From Girardia tigrina (Eukaryota), in assembly GCA_001938485.1 (NCBI GenBank), contig MQRK01246028.1, forward strand, positions 1 through 51,806: a DNA stretch of 51,806 nt, read 5' to 3'. The notes below the pieces were generated by a model, which worked only from the letters and a program-made list of their open reading frames with translations, had not been told where the DNA came from and made no database searches. Position numbers and translations under genes: made by a program. Of this stretch, positions 14,467 through 26,506 are shown piece by piece (position 1 is the stretch's first letter; each line of letters starts with the position of its first letter).

Positions 14467-14468
<2 letters not shown>

Positions 14469-14510
<42 letters not shown>
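14469..14510. repeat. (TA)n microsatellite
   Basis: About 20 uninterrupted TA units. Confidence 0.95.
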
Positions 14511-14515
<5 letters not shown>

Positions 14516-15539
14516 AATAAATTTTTATAAAAGAAATCTTTGTCTTGCATTATTATTAATAAATTATCATTAAAATTTCAAATTATCGATTGATTATTGA
14601 GGTGAAGAGTTAAGAGTAAAAGGTGGAGTCGAAAATTCTTTTGTTAATTCACAGTCGGATGGAAGAAATAAATCCTTGTTACCCAGTGCTTTAACAATAG
14701 TATCAAGATAGGACGCTCATTGTCGGATAGAATCGTGAAATGATTTGGCTAGGAAATACAAACGCCACATCATCATACGTTAAAAGGCTTCTTAATATCC
14801 AAAAGGCGTCAGAGAAAGAATCCATTAACAGTCCCGAGAGTATTAATAAATGCTCACATCGATTAGAAAACGAGACAGTGAATGGTAAGAAAAGTCAGTT
14901 ATATGAGAAATCGCTGTCGGTAAGTCGTAATTAGTACCAGCGTGAGATATGTGGGAACAGTTTTAAAGATATTTAAATGACTCACATGATCCAACTGATA
15001 AAGCGATAGAGAGACAGCTGTGTGATATCTAATGAAAACAATAAATTAATTTTTAGTCTTAGAATTGTGTCTTAATGATATATTATTCAGGAAAGGAAAA
15101 TGTTTAGTCTTTAAGTGATATTTATTTAATATTTTAGTGATCTTTATTTGAAGTGAAAATTTTAATTTTTTTCTTACTAAGTAAATATATTGGTGAAAAA
15201 TGTACAGAAACATAATAAATATAATAAATCAATTCTTAGTTTTAGAAGCGTGCCAATATTTAATGACTACTAGTATTTTATTGATATTTTATTTAGGAAA
15301 TGAGAGTTAAATGATTATTTATATTTTATTGATATTTATTCCAGAAAGAACTTGATCAATACGAGCCGTAAATTCCAGCAAGTTACTAAATAAACATATT
15401 GGTAACAATTCATCTTGTCGGTTACAATAATAAATGTGTTAATAATTAATAATTGGATACATATGACAATCATATTCTTAGAAACCCAGTAAAGTTAATT
15501 TGAGATAGAGGATTATATTATCGTATAAAGCATGAGGGA

Positions 15540-15898
15540 CGCAGTCACTGAGATATACACCCGATAGTTATTAAGATATCTATAAATATGAAATCATTCC
15601 CGATCACAGCTAAGCCAGTTGGGGGCCCATAGCGCGTTCCCAACTTCACTGGACCTGAAGACGCTCCAGACCTGTTACTACTCGTTAGATTGCAGGCGAG
15701 GGAGGCGTGTCCGAACACCTGATAAAAATGTAAATCTTAAATTTATGTTGCGGCCGATATCGCATAAACATTTAGACACCATTAACCAAACAAAAATTAT
15801 ATACAAGAAAGAAAAATGCTGAGCATATAATACATATATTTAAATCGGAAAAATCAGCATTAGGAGTCACGAAGAATTGTCAGGATAATTTCGTAACA
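15540..15898 (-). mobile_element. LTR-like fragment related to copies at 19.6-19.9 kb and 50.9-51.3 kb (inner boundary uncertain)
   Basis: Ends ...CGTAACA (TGTTACG on the minus strand). Carries GGGGGCCCATAG...GACCTGAAG...GCGAGGGAGGCGTGTCCG. Confidence 0.6.
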
Positions 15899-16259
15899 CC
15901 TGATCGTTTCATCGGTTCGTTTTGGTGCCTTCCCTAACAACACAATTAAATGGAATCTACTTAAGTCATTCAAGAGCATACCGAGCTCCGACGGCCGAAA
16001 TTGAGCAGCGTAACCTCTCCATACAGATCTTGATGAGGGCTATCTGTGACGAGGAACCGTTTTATCATCAGACCTTTCTTTGGGAAGTTATGATCCTTTA
16101 AAAGATATACAAAAATTAAATTAAATATAAAGGTTAAGTAGAAAATTTACGTGAGTCAATATTGAAGTTGAAAATCAGCAGACAGTCTATGAATAATCAT
16201 GAATCACTGTGATTCATAGACTTGATGACAATCCGATAGATATGTCATCCACAATCACA

Positions 16260-16775
16260 TACCAGTTATCGCAGTTGAAGAGCCGTATAGTATGCAGACC
16301 TGAAACGAAACATTGATTAGAACAACCACGTAAATAAACAAACCACACCAGCCAACAACAGTCCAAAAATTCAGAAACTCGTGCTGGCAGACGATGATTG
16401 GCTCAGTAGTGAAACACGACAGTATACCCACTGTAGTGATCTACTACAGACCTGTCTGTAGTGCCAGACCCACACCCACGTTATAAATACAACAATTATT
16501 TCAGAGCAAACCAGAACATTAGCATTAACATTAACATTACTACACAAGACAACGTTTAACATTAATTGAAACTACTCCAAACGTCTCAGAACATTTCATA
16601 GAGCCATACAGAATATTACAACGCAAGAATAAGCTGACATGATCGAGAAAAAACCACAGAACTGAATCGAACCGAATTCGAATTTGATCGAGAAGGAACT
16701 CAGAACCAAGGAGACGTGTATTAAAACCCAAAAACGATTCAACGATTTAAAATACTCCTCCGGAAACCGATTATA
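16260..16775 (+). pseudogene. Possible Gypsy integrase C-terminal tail remnant
   Basis: Broken frames with ...HVNK, a low-complexity S/T/N/P tail, and PRRRVLKPKKRFND at the end, a pattern typical of Gypsy pol termini. Weak. Confidence 0.3.
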
Positions 16776-19599
16776 ATGTAATTTGCGAGGCTTTGTTTAT
16801 TGTTATATATGCAATATATTGTTGGTTGTTTAGTATGTTTAATGCTGGGTATAGATAATTTGAATTAACGTTTGAAATAATTATTTTCAAGCAAATATAT
16901 AATTCTGAGTTAAATTAACTTTATTTGAAGGTTGTGTTGCTTGTTCGTAGCTCGAACCCAGCTCAATAATTAATACTGTTAAATTTATTGTAATTGAAAT
17001 CAACAACAAATATTATAGAAATTTCTATTTGATAATCACAAAATATACTCTTCAAATATTGTACAATGATCTTTTAAATAATAATTGAGGTCGAATAATT
17101 GATTGTTGAATGTTTTTGAATTTTTATATTCTTTGTTTTTGTGTTTGCGTTGCCGTTTTGTTTTGAATTTTTNNNNNNNNNNNNNNNNNNNNNNNNNNNN
17201 NNNNNNNNNNNNNNNNNNNNNNNNNNNNNNNNNNNNNNNNNNNNNNNNNNNNNNNNNNNNNNNNNNNNNNNNNNNNNNNNNNNNNNNNNNNNNNNNNNNN
17301 NNNNNNNNNNNNNNNNNNNNNNNNNNNNNNNNNNNNNNNNNNNNNNNNNNNNNNNNNNNNNNNNNNNNNNNNNNNNNNNNNNNNNNNNNNNNNNNNNNNN
17401 NNNNNNNNNNNNNNNNNNNNNNNNNNNNNNNNNNNNNNNNNNNNNNNNNNNNNNNNNNNNNNNNNNNNNNNNNNNNNNNNNNNNNNNNNNNNNNNNNNNN
17501 NNNNNNNNNNNNNNNNNNNNNNNNNNNNNNNNNNNNNNNNNNNNNNNNNNNNNNNNNNNNNNNNNNNNNNNNNNNNNNNNNNNNNNNNNNNNNNNNNNNN
17601 NNNNNNNNNNNNNNNNNNNNNNNNNNNNNNNNNNNNNNNNNNNNNNNNNNNNNNNNNNNNNNNNNNNNNNNNNNNNNNNNNNNNNNNNNNNNNNNNNNNN
17701 NNNNNNNNNNNNNNNNNNNNNNNNNNNNNNNNNNNNNNNNNNNNNNNNNNNNNNNNNNNNNNNNNNNNNNNNNNNNNNNNNNNNNNNNNNNNNNNNNNNN
17801 NNNNNNNNNNNNNNNNNNNNNNNNNNNNNNNNNNNNNNNNNNNNNNNNNNNNNNNNNNNNNNNNNNNNNNNNNNNNNNNNNNNNNNNNNNNNNNNNNNNN
17901 NNNNNNNNNNNNNNNNNNNNNNNNNNNNNNNNNNNNNNNNNNNNNNNNNNNNNNNNNNNNNNNNNNNNNNNNNNNNNNNNNNNNNNNNNNNNNNNNNNNN
18001 NNNNNNNNNNNNNNNNNNNNNNNNNNNNNNNNNNNNNNNNNNNNNNNNNGAAATTTTATTATTATTTTATTATTTATGATTATTTACCATTACGTGATTT
18101 CATGCGAATTAATAAATTTTTATGACATTATATTTAGTTTTATTGCGTATTTATTCGATTAATTAAAATTTTCAAAAAAAAAAAAAAATTTTTAACCGAG
18201 TAAGAAATTACCTAAGTACGTCGTCGTCAGCCGTCTTCGTTCACCCGATGTCCGCCGTTCAGAGGGTCTGGAGCCCGTCGCCTGAGAATCAGGATGAACG
18301 GCCGCCCCTCATTATCCACGTCCAATCGATCGATGAGGCCGATTTTGTCGGCGGTAATTTCGGCGCACCGTGGGTCAGCGCTTGGGACCTGCGCGTATCG
18401 CCCCATCGTGAAATTTAATCAAACTTTTTGTTTGGTTATATAATTGAAATAGCCCACTAAAACAACAATTAATTTTGATTGATGCAATAAATGTATTGAT
18501 GAAATTTTATTATTATGACTCTTAGTGAAATGTGTTTTTGTTAATTATAATTAGGAAAGTATTTTAAGGAAATTTGATTTTATTTTTATAATTAGGGTTT
18601 TAAGTTTGAGGTTAAATTTCAATCGTGTTTAATAACCGAATTTAAACCAAGTTCCGACCTACAAGAATTTAGTAAAGATTTTTATGAATTATATCAAAAA
18701 TTCGATTTTGAACTTTATTTCTTGATTACCTAAAAGTTAAGTTTCTGAATATTTTTAACTGAGATTTTGAATCACGAAAATTACCGAGATATATACGAAT
18801 TAAAATAAATTTCGTCTCTGATGAGGATATTGTAGTCCAATTTTAAAACTTTAAAATAATTTATTGATAAACTTATTACGATTTTGGCGTGTAATTTATT
18901 GATCAATTTTCTTAAAAAACATTTAAGTTATGTACGAATATTTTAGTCTTAATCTTTGTAGATTCAATGGTTAGGAGTATTGAATTTTACCATTTACGAA
19001 TTCTAATATTAATTGAACTTTATCATTTATGAATCTTACAAGAAATTAATAATTTTATTATCGGCTGATTTTTATTATCAGGAATCTTGCTGAGATAAAC
19101 AATAATTCACTATAACGACTTTAGTAAAATACAGATGATTTTTAACGATTAGCTTCTATGACGAGCGTATGAAGTTGAGAAGAATATCCGACAAAACTTA
19201 TTCGATAGTTAGTGTTTAGATTTTGTTGGTATTAACCAGCATAGAAAACCCCATAGCACAAAATAAGTACGCGAACTTACGAGACAACTTAGGGTAGAGT
19301 TTTATAGTATAATGCGCTAGAATGTTTTCGATAATGCTATAGACCAGTAAAATTTTGTAAATTAAGAAATATAAATTCATCGTTCCAAGGTTTCTTTTAT
19401 ATTAGGTACATAACCGCCAATTCAAAGTATTATTATCGAAGTGAGGATTATCGCGAGATTGGCTTGGAGACAAGTGTACAATGGTATAAAATAACGAAAT
19501 AAAGAAAGTTGCTGTTAAGTGTTCAGGCCCGTATTAAGGGTTTTGGGTGATTAAATTCCAGTAACAACGTTAAGGCCGCGCTACTGAGTTGAACTAGTT

Positions 19600-19946
19600 C
19601 AGGAAAGTTGCCGAAACATACAGTGCCACGAGTCAGTATAAACACAACAGCCAAGCGCATTAAGTTGCATGCAGATATAACATTGCCTCAAGCTAACCTA
19701 ACATATCACATACGATAGTAAAATATAAAGAAGTAGAGTCAGGTATAATCATCCCCGAGCGACGCTCGGCTAGGTGGGGGGCCCATCGCCCGTCCTATCT
19801 TTACTTGAACCCGAAGGTCCTCCGGAATCTTCACTGTTAGACAGATGTTGAGCGAGGAGAGACGTCCGGCCCATAAATGAATCTAATGTTTAAACGAATA
19901 TTAAGAATTAGCCTATAGATATTCGAAGTTAGGATCGGGTTGTGAC
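19600..19946 (-). mobile_element. LTR 5' portion, same family as the LTR at 50930 (may extend further left)
   Basis: Reverse complement aligns with 50930-51290, including the terminus GTCACAACCC vs TGTCACGACCC, the GGGGGGCCCAT motif and the CAGTGCC...GCATTAAGT.GCA.GCAG.TATAACATTGCC block. Confidence 0.8.
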
Positions 19947-22124
19947 NNNNNNNNNNNNNNNNNNNNNNNNNNNNNNNNNNNNNNNNNNNNNNNNNNNNNN
20001 NNNNNNNNNNNNNNNNNNNNNNNNNNNNNNNNNNNNNNNNNNNNNNNNNNNNNNNNNNNNNNNNNNNNNNNNNNNNNNNNNNNNNNNNNNNNNNNNNNNN
20101 NNNNNNNNNNNNNNNNNNNNNNNNNNNNNNNNNNNNNNNNNNNNNNNNNNNNNNNNNNNNNNNNNNNNNNNNNNNNNNNNNNNNNNNNNNNNNNNNNNNN
20201 NNNNNNNNNNNNNNNNNNNNNNNNNNNNNNNNNNNNNNNNNNNNNNNNNNNNNNNNNNNNNNNNNNNNNNNNNNNNNNNNNNNNNNNNNNNNNNNNNNNN
20301 NNNNNNNNNNNNNNNNNNNNNNNNNNNNNNNNNNNNNNNNNNNNNNNNNNNNNNNNNNNNNNNNNNNNNNNNNNNNNNNNNNNNNNNNNNNNNNNNNNNN
20401 NNNNNNNNNNNNNNNNNNNNNNNNNNNNNNNNNNNNNNNNNNNNNNNNNNNATACTAGTAATAATAATAATTAAACAAATTATTATAAAAATAATATTAT
20501 TAATAGTTATTATAGCAATATTATTGATATTAATAATAATTTAAATCCTAATAATTTAAAATAATTATAACAGTGATGTCATTATAAAGTTCCTAGACGA
20601 TCATCCACCGTCCCTGAGCAAAATGCTCAAACCATGGACGACCGAGAAGCAACTTAATCATCTTAACTTTTATTTATTTTCAGAGTTATTTCATTATTAA
20701 TTATTAGTTTAGAGCACCCCAACAATATGTATTTGATAAATCGTCTATTCATATTTAAATATTTTGTTTAATAACTAAATAACTTCTGTCCTACAGTTTT
20801 CTTTCAGAGTAACCCTCCTCCGTCGTCGTCCTTGTCGCTGTCTTCATGTGGTATATTCCGAATAAATTATAGGAAGAGCGAGTAATGCGAATATTGAATG
20901 TAAGAAAAACAACCGAGATCATGTTATTAGAAAGATCAAGATTGAATAAAACCCGAGATTTTCCGTAGGACGTAAAAGCCAATCCTTCGTGAGTGAGTAC
21001 TGAGAAATCCCATTTGTCACTATTGTGAATACGAATAATAAATCAGCTACACTGACAGAACCCCAGTTGAAATATAAGCAAGAATTTTAGTGTTGTTGGT
21101 GAATGAACCGATCCGGTTCTTGATTATGAATATATCTGACTGTTCAGAATAATAATTAACAATATATCAATAATTTAGCTTATGAATGGCTCTGATGAAC
21201 GATGACTGATTTAGTTATTTAATTAAAGTTAGTATTTGACGAAAGTGGGAGTCAAACTAAATAAAAAAATATTACTTTTATAAGATGTTTCCAGTTAAAT
21301 AACTGAGGTAAACAGTTACAATGACAATAATTTCTTGAAATAACAATAAAAATTCGTCATTCGAGCATAATTATTGCAATCATAATCAGAAAAATAATTA
21401 GTGATTATAACTATTCGTTAATTGATTATTAAATATGACAACAATGGTAGATAGTGGACAGCAGTAGTACTTTTTTGTTATTTGATGATTAAATAGGACA
21501 ACAGTATTCATAATAGATACCTGTAATAATTTTCGTCGATTGATGACCAAAATTATCAGCAGTTGACAGTGAATAGAAATGATAATATTTTGTAATTAAA
21601 ATAACAGTAAGTAATTTTATATTATAATTTTATATAATTTCTGATCGTTTAGCAATCTATCGGTTTAATTTTGATTTTGTGTTTATTTAGTTCATACTTC
21701 TGTTTTTAAAGACAGGCGAGTTTTTAAAGACAGTTGCAGTTTCAATAAATAATGAAAAATTTCAACTTTAATAAACTGCAAAAATTAAGTTTTAATAAAC
21801 TGACAAATTTCAGTTAATCTCAAATGAAAATTTCGTTGGAATTTCAATTTCATAAAATAAACAATGAAATAATGTTTGGCTCAAGGCTCACTCTGGTTGG
21901 TTAACCAATCGCTACCCACAATTTCATTAACTATCCACACAAATAATCGGCATACACTGACCCCTGCATGAGTACTCAGAAATTAATTTACTAAAAATAA
22001 ACAAATGAATTTCTTCGTTTGTTTAGAAAACGAACAAAGATCAAATTATTTTTAAATTTAATTATTTTACTTTAATAATATTTTTTCTTTTCAAATTCTT
22101 TTAATATTTAATTCTTTATATATA

Positions 22125-22330
22125 TAGTAGAACTTCGTTACAACGGACTCGCTTATAACGGACCTTCGGTTAGTACGGACGAATATTTTAGTTCCGGCAA
22201 AACTATGCTACTTTCAATGCAATATTTGTCGTATATTACTCGGTTATATTATATATTTCGGTTATAACATACCAATTATAAAGTCCGCTGAAAAAAATGC
22301 ACCTGTTAGTACGGAAGTTGCATTTCATGT
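22125..22330 (+). mobile_element. Tigger/pogo-type terminal sequence (MITE-like end)
   Basis: TAGTAGAACTTCGTTACAACGGAC followed by repeated CGGTTATAAC/TAGTACGGA subterminal motifs, directly after a TA run. Confidence 0.55.
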
Positions 22331-22379
22331 GTATGTATGTATTTTCATAAGGTGTAAAATTATCTTTACATTCTTCTAA

Positions 22380-22680
22380 TGTTCAAAGCACGGGATGCTT
22401 GACGTTCACTTGATTCAATGTGTTTCTGAAAGTAATTTTGCACTTTTTCGATATTTTCTTCGGTTCTCACTGTTTTTTCCTTTATCTTCATTTCTTCAAT
22501 GTTGTCGAGAACTGTTCCAAAGTCTTTGAGTTTGCCCTAAGCACGTTTAACAGTTGAATGGTTGATTTTGTAGTGAGATCCAAATTTTTTTCTAAATTCT
22601 GTTACCACTTCCGATGCAGATTGTAGTTCGTGATATTTTAGAACTATGAAGACACGATGCTGGAAACTATATATTTACTC
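22380..22680 (-). pseudogene. Tc1/mariner-superfamily transposase N-terminal (DUF4817-like HTH) remnant
   Basis: Minus-strand fragments SASEVVTEFRK...STIQ...RKKTVRTEENIEKVQNYFQKHIESSERQAS. Confidence 0.65.
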
Positions 22681-23289
22681 ATTTTTAATTTGCTAAAATA
22701 GAAAAATTCACTTTTAAATTTAAATCATAGAAAATAATTGATGAAAAACTAAAGAAAAAGGCACTTTAACAGCCTGAGAACAAAATAAGAAGTTAGGGAG
22801 ACAAAGAAGATACAATAAACAAACAGGATATTAATTAGTATATTGATTTTTTATATTTTTATATAAATTATTGAATGTGTACCAATTGGGCCACCTTGTA
22901 TATTCAGAAACTTACTAGAGCGCAGATATTTAACATCATTCAACCAAATACGTTATAGAAGCAATAATTATGGCATTTGTTCTAGGTTTATTGGAAATAA
23001 AGGTGGTTTATCACAATTAAAAGATATTATAGCATGCCATTGGTACTATAAGCCCTTTTATAACTATATAAATGGGTGCTTTTGAATACAAAATGTCTTC
23101 TGAAAAATGTTTATTCAGCTTATAAAGAAGACTGGTGTTTGCGTGGGAAACTCCAGAGACATACAACAAAATAAGCTACTTTATATCAAAAAGTCTCACA
23201 ATAATTAAGTTTTATTACACATTCAAATCACATTAACTAGACTTTATCATACAGCCTGTATACACTGTTATACAATTATCGTTTATTGG

Positions 23290-23620
23290 TATCACTTCTC
23301 GCATATATCTTTTAATGACAACCATGTATCGATCATACATGCTGTCTAAATTAATATGTTGTCCATCATTTTGGTACGACTTCGTCCGCATCAACATATC
23401 AAAATGGAACTCCTCCAGTTTATTTCGCGATTTTGTTTTTGTTGTTCATGAAACTAAACCCACATTCACCTTCTGTACTTGATGCAAGAAACGTGCAACA
23501 GATATCAAACAGATGCATCAGAGCTTCGAATTGTTCGTAATTTAAAACAAACTGTACAACTTCATCAAAGATCTTTATTAAAACACTTTTTACCTTAACA
23601 ATTTGTCCTTCGAATTATTT
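23290..23620 (-). pseudogene. hAT transposase C-terminal dimerisation domain remnant
   Basis: EQFEALMHLFDICCTFLASSTEGECGFSFMN...SRNKLEEFHFDMLMR matches the hAT pattern SSAxCERGFSxMN...RNxL. Confidence 0.75.
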
Positions 23621-23769
23621 CGATTTTCGACCTGAATTGCCATGAGAATTGCCAAAACAATAAACATCATAATAATTTGAAGCCCGAACAACAACTATTA
23701 TTGTTTATAATGTTTTCATTTTTATTATTTGATTTTTCATGAATTGAATCAATTGTAATAATTTTTATT

Positions 23770-24165
23770 TTACCCATTATTTTCTTACCGACTTTTAAGA
23801 TCAATAATTCCATTATCTATACAACAATAAGTAGATGATAAATTCTGAATTCTGTGAGTTAATCTTTCCACTATATTTCTATTTTACTTAAGAAAAGAGA
23901 AACTCATATGATTATTGTATAGTACGGTGTCCGTACTCTTTCGAAATACTTAAGTACATAGCGATTCGATTTTCTTTCAATTATTACATATGAAAATGAA
24001 ATCTTGTTTTCTGATTCAATTTCAGAAATAAATATCATGTTTGGATGAAGTTCATTCATAAATTAAAAAAATCATCTGTATGGGTTTTATCTTCAAAAAT
24101 CAGGAAAACATCATCAACATATCCAGTGTAAAATAAAGGCACAATATTGATCTTGTGTATAATTT
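23770..24165 (-). pseudogene. Penelope-like reverse transcriptase fragment
   Basis: FYTGYVDDVFLIF, then after a frameshift ELHPNMIFISEIESENKISF, then RKSTDT. This is the PLE RT palm/thumb pattern (RYVDD...HPxIxFTxExE...YRKxTxT). Confidence 0.75.
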
Positions 24166-24514
24166 GAGTGTAATGGGTGCAACGCAACATACATTGGAGA
24201 GATGGTCTGTCATCTCTGTAAATGGGTTCGTGAGCATGAACATTTAAGTGATAGTACTAATATTGCTTAACATAAAAACATTGTAAAACTCCTGTTGAAA
24301 TAAATAATTTTAAAGTTTTATGCAGCAATTTTAAAATTTATTGGAAAAGTCTCGTGTGAGGCATTAATTAATAAAGCAGTTAATCCAGCAATTAATGTCC
24401 AATCAATGGACTCATCAACTTTGTTGAAAGTGTTTACGTAAAATATTAACTGCATAATCATCAAATTAACATATATAAGGTTAACAGGTAGAATAAGAAA
24501 TGCCTGATGATGAC

Positions 24515-24624
24515 TGTGACCTGACAAAACAGCACAGGACAAAACATCACTAGGACAAAACATCACTAAGTTAAAACTTCAATAGGACGAAATATCACAA
24601 ATAACTTTAGGGTTAGGGTTAGGG
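24515..24624 (+). repeat. Tandem ~16-bp GGACAAAACATCACTA-type repeats followed by (TTAGGG)3
   Basis: Four to five degenerate units at 24523-24600 and TTAGGG x3 at 24607-24624. Probably a DNA-transposon subterminal region. Confidence 0.7.
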
Positions 24625-25577
24625 CTGTAGCGAGAGAACATTGTAAAAGTTACTAGGGTCAAGGCTTTAATCCACCGTTTTTATAAGCTACGTTTTTGTG
24701 AAAAAGATAAGAGTGTCTAAATGTTTTCTTCATAAAATGTTAGCAATGTACAATTATCCTCAAAAAATGTAAAATAAAAAAAGCTTAATTAAAAATTGCT
24801 CATTCATTGTGGATGAACTGAAATGTTTGAAAGGTTTGGTGAGTCTGGAAGATAATTTTGTATTAATTAATCAATTGATAGAAAAAATTAATTAGTTCAT
24901 CTTTTGATAGATAAAATTTATTTAGTCCGAATTTATTGAAATTCCCAATTTTTAATGGTAAATGTGGAATTTTCATTACTATTTATTACTTTTATATTTC
25001 ATTTATATATTTTTTAATATTGGTATTTATTTATTTTTAATATTTTACTTGTCTTTTATTTTGTAGACATTTTATATAAAAGTAATTCGGAATTCAAATA
25101 TTATCATTACTTATTTTATCTTTCAATATCTCCATCTCGAACTTTGAAAGAGAATCTGAGATAATTTTAATTCATTTTTTTCATTCTTTTATTATTTCAC
25201 TTTCTATATATATATATATATAATAGATGTCGCCGTAGGGGACTCGGGGAAACACAATTTCCCCAATATAAAAGAAAAGACGACTTCAAAGTCGCCGCCT
25301 CATCACTGGGGGGACTCGGGGTTGTCCTCACCCAGTGTTGAATGGAGAAAATATAAAAATTCCATTTTATTGTAACTGTCATCAGTTGATGCTGTTGATT
25401 GATCTATGCCATTACTCTGAATTATGATAATAATACAGTTATAATAAAATAATAATAATAATAATATTAATATTAGTAATGATGATGATATTAATAGTAA
25501 TAATATTAATACGAACAATAATATTAAATAATATCAATGATATAAAAATAAAAGATTTGGAAAAAAGTTCTAAATAA

Positions 25578-25772
25578 CCAAAAAAAATTTTATTCAATGA
25601 CATGCTTAAAGTTTTTTTTTATATTTTTTAAATCGGTCCTTCCAAAGTCTGGTATGCCGTGATATTTCTCCCCTGTGCTTTTAATTTTATGTCTTGGCGT
25701 GGTAAGTGTATCTAGTAGTTTTTCACCCTTGCTATTTAGAATTGCGATGGACACTAATCCTAAGGTTTTATC
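25578..25772 (-). pseudogene. Second, internally deleted copy of the exonuclease gene
   Basis: 25578-25650 matches ~26458-26530 (3' end, stop, 3' UTR). 25654-25772 matches ~27274-27393. About 740 nt are missing between the two blocks. Confidence 0.9.
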
Positions 25773-26506
25773 NNNNNNNNNNNNNNNNNNNNNNNNNNNN
25801 NNNNNNNNNNNNNNNNNNNNNNATACAAATCGAAAATGATTATTATTAATTATTTATATTGCATATTGCATTGTTGGATCGTAAATATAATTTTACTGTG
25901 AGAGATTAAAAACTCTTGAATTTTTGTCCTTCTATTTTTTTGGGGGGGGAATACGTTTTTTTAAAGTCCTTCAAAAATACTGTGTGAAAAGAGAATTATG
26001 ATTACAGACAAATTTTACATTTATTATTCAGGTAATATTTACTTAATCATAAATGAAAAAGACATTTAATAATTTTCTTTGATTTAAATAACATCCTTAT
26101 GTAAAATAAGTAAAAAAAAGTGACCTAATCTTCATAAAAATGTCTATGTAGAGCTAGGGCTGAATAGAATAAAGTGTACGGTAACGAAGGTTGAGAGACA
26201 CCAGAGGTAGGGGAGTGACCTGTACGACTAACCTCCTTAAATACCGTTCATTAAAGAAGGTTGAAAAATTTGCTAAAAATAATTTGCGAGAAGCCAAACG
26301 TATTTCTAGAAAAACCTTTCTCAAGATTAGAGATTCCCTTTCAAAGTTTTTTTTTAAAGTAAAGCAAAGGCTTTATATATACCCAACTATTGTATATATT
26401 TATTATTTTTTTTATTATTAATTCCCCTTCAAATGATAAAATCAACACTAAATCAACAAAAAAATTTTTTATTGAATGACATGTTTAAAGTTTTTTTTAT
26501 ATATTT

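Noticed and set aside
18808-18850. Hammerhead-like CTGATGAG followed by a weak stem
   Set aside because: No GAAA after stem II and no stem I/III. Other CTGANGA hits (~28274 minus, ~45537, ~47888 minus, GTGATGAG at ~25300 minus) also fail.
19845-19870. HDV-ribozyme-like loop CTCCTCGCT on the minus strand of the LTR motif
   Set aside because: P3, P1 and P2 pairings of the nested double pseudoknot cannot be built in any of the copies.
12289-20544. Long ORFs 12289-13374, 12374-13342, 17103-18125, 17141-18079, 19942-20544 (and 33824-34117)
   Set aside because: Open only because they cross runs of N.
24607-24624. Telomere or telomere-attached Penelope/Terminon junction
   Set aside because: Only three TTAGGG units, embedded in a tandem-repeat DNA-transposon-like end and ~450 bp from the PLE fragment.
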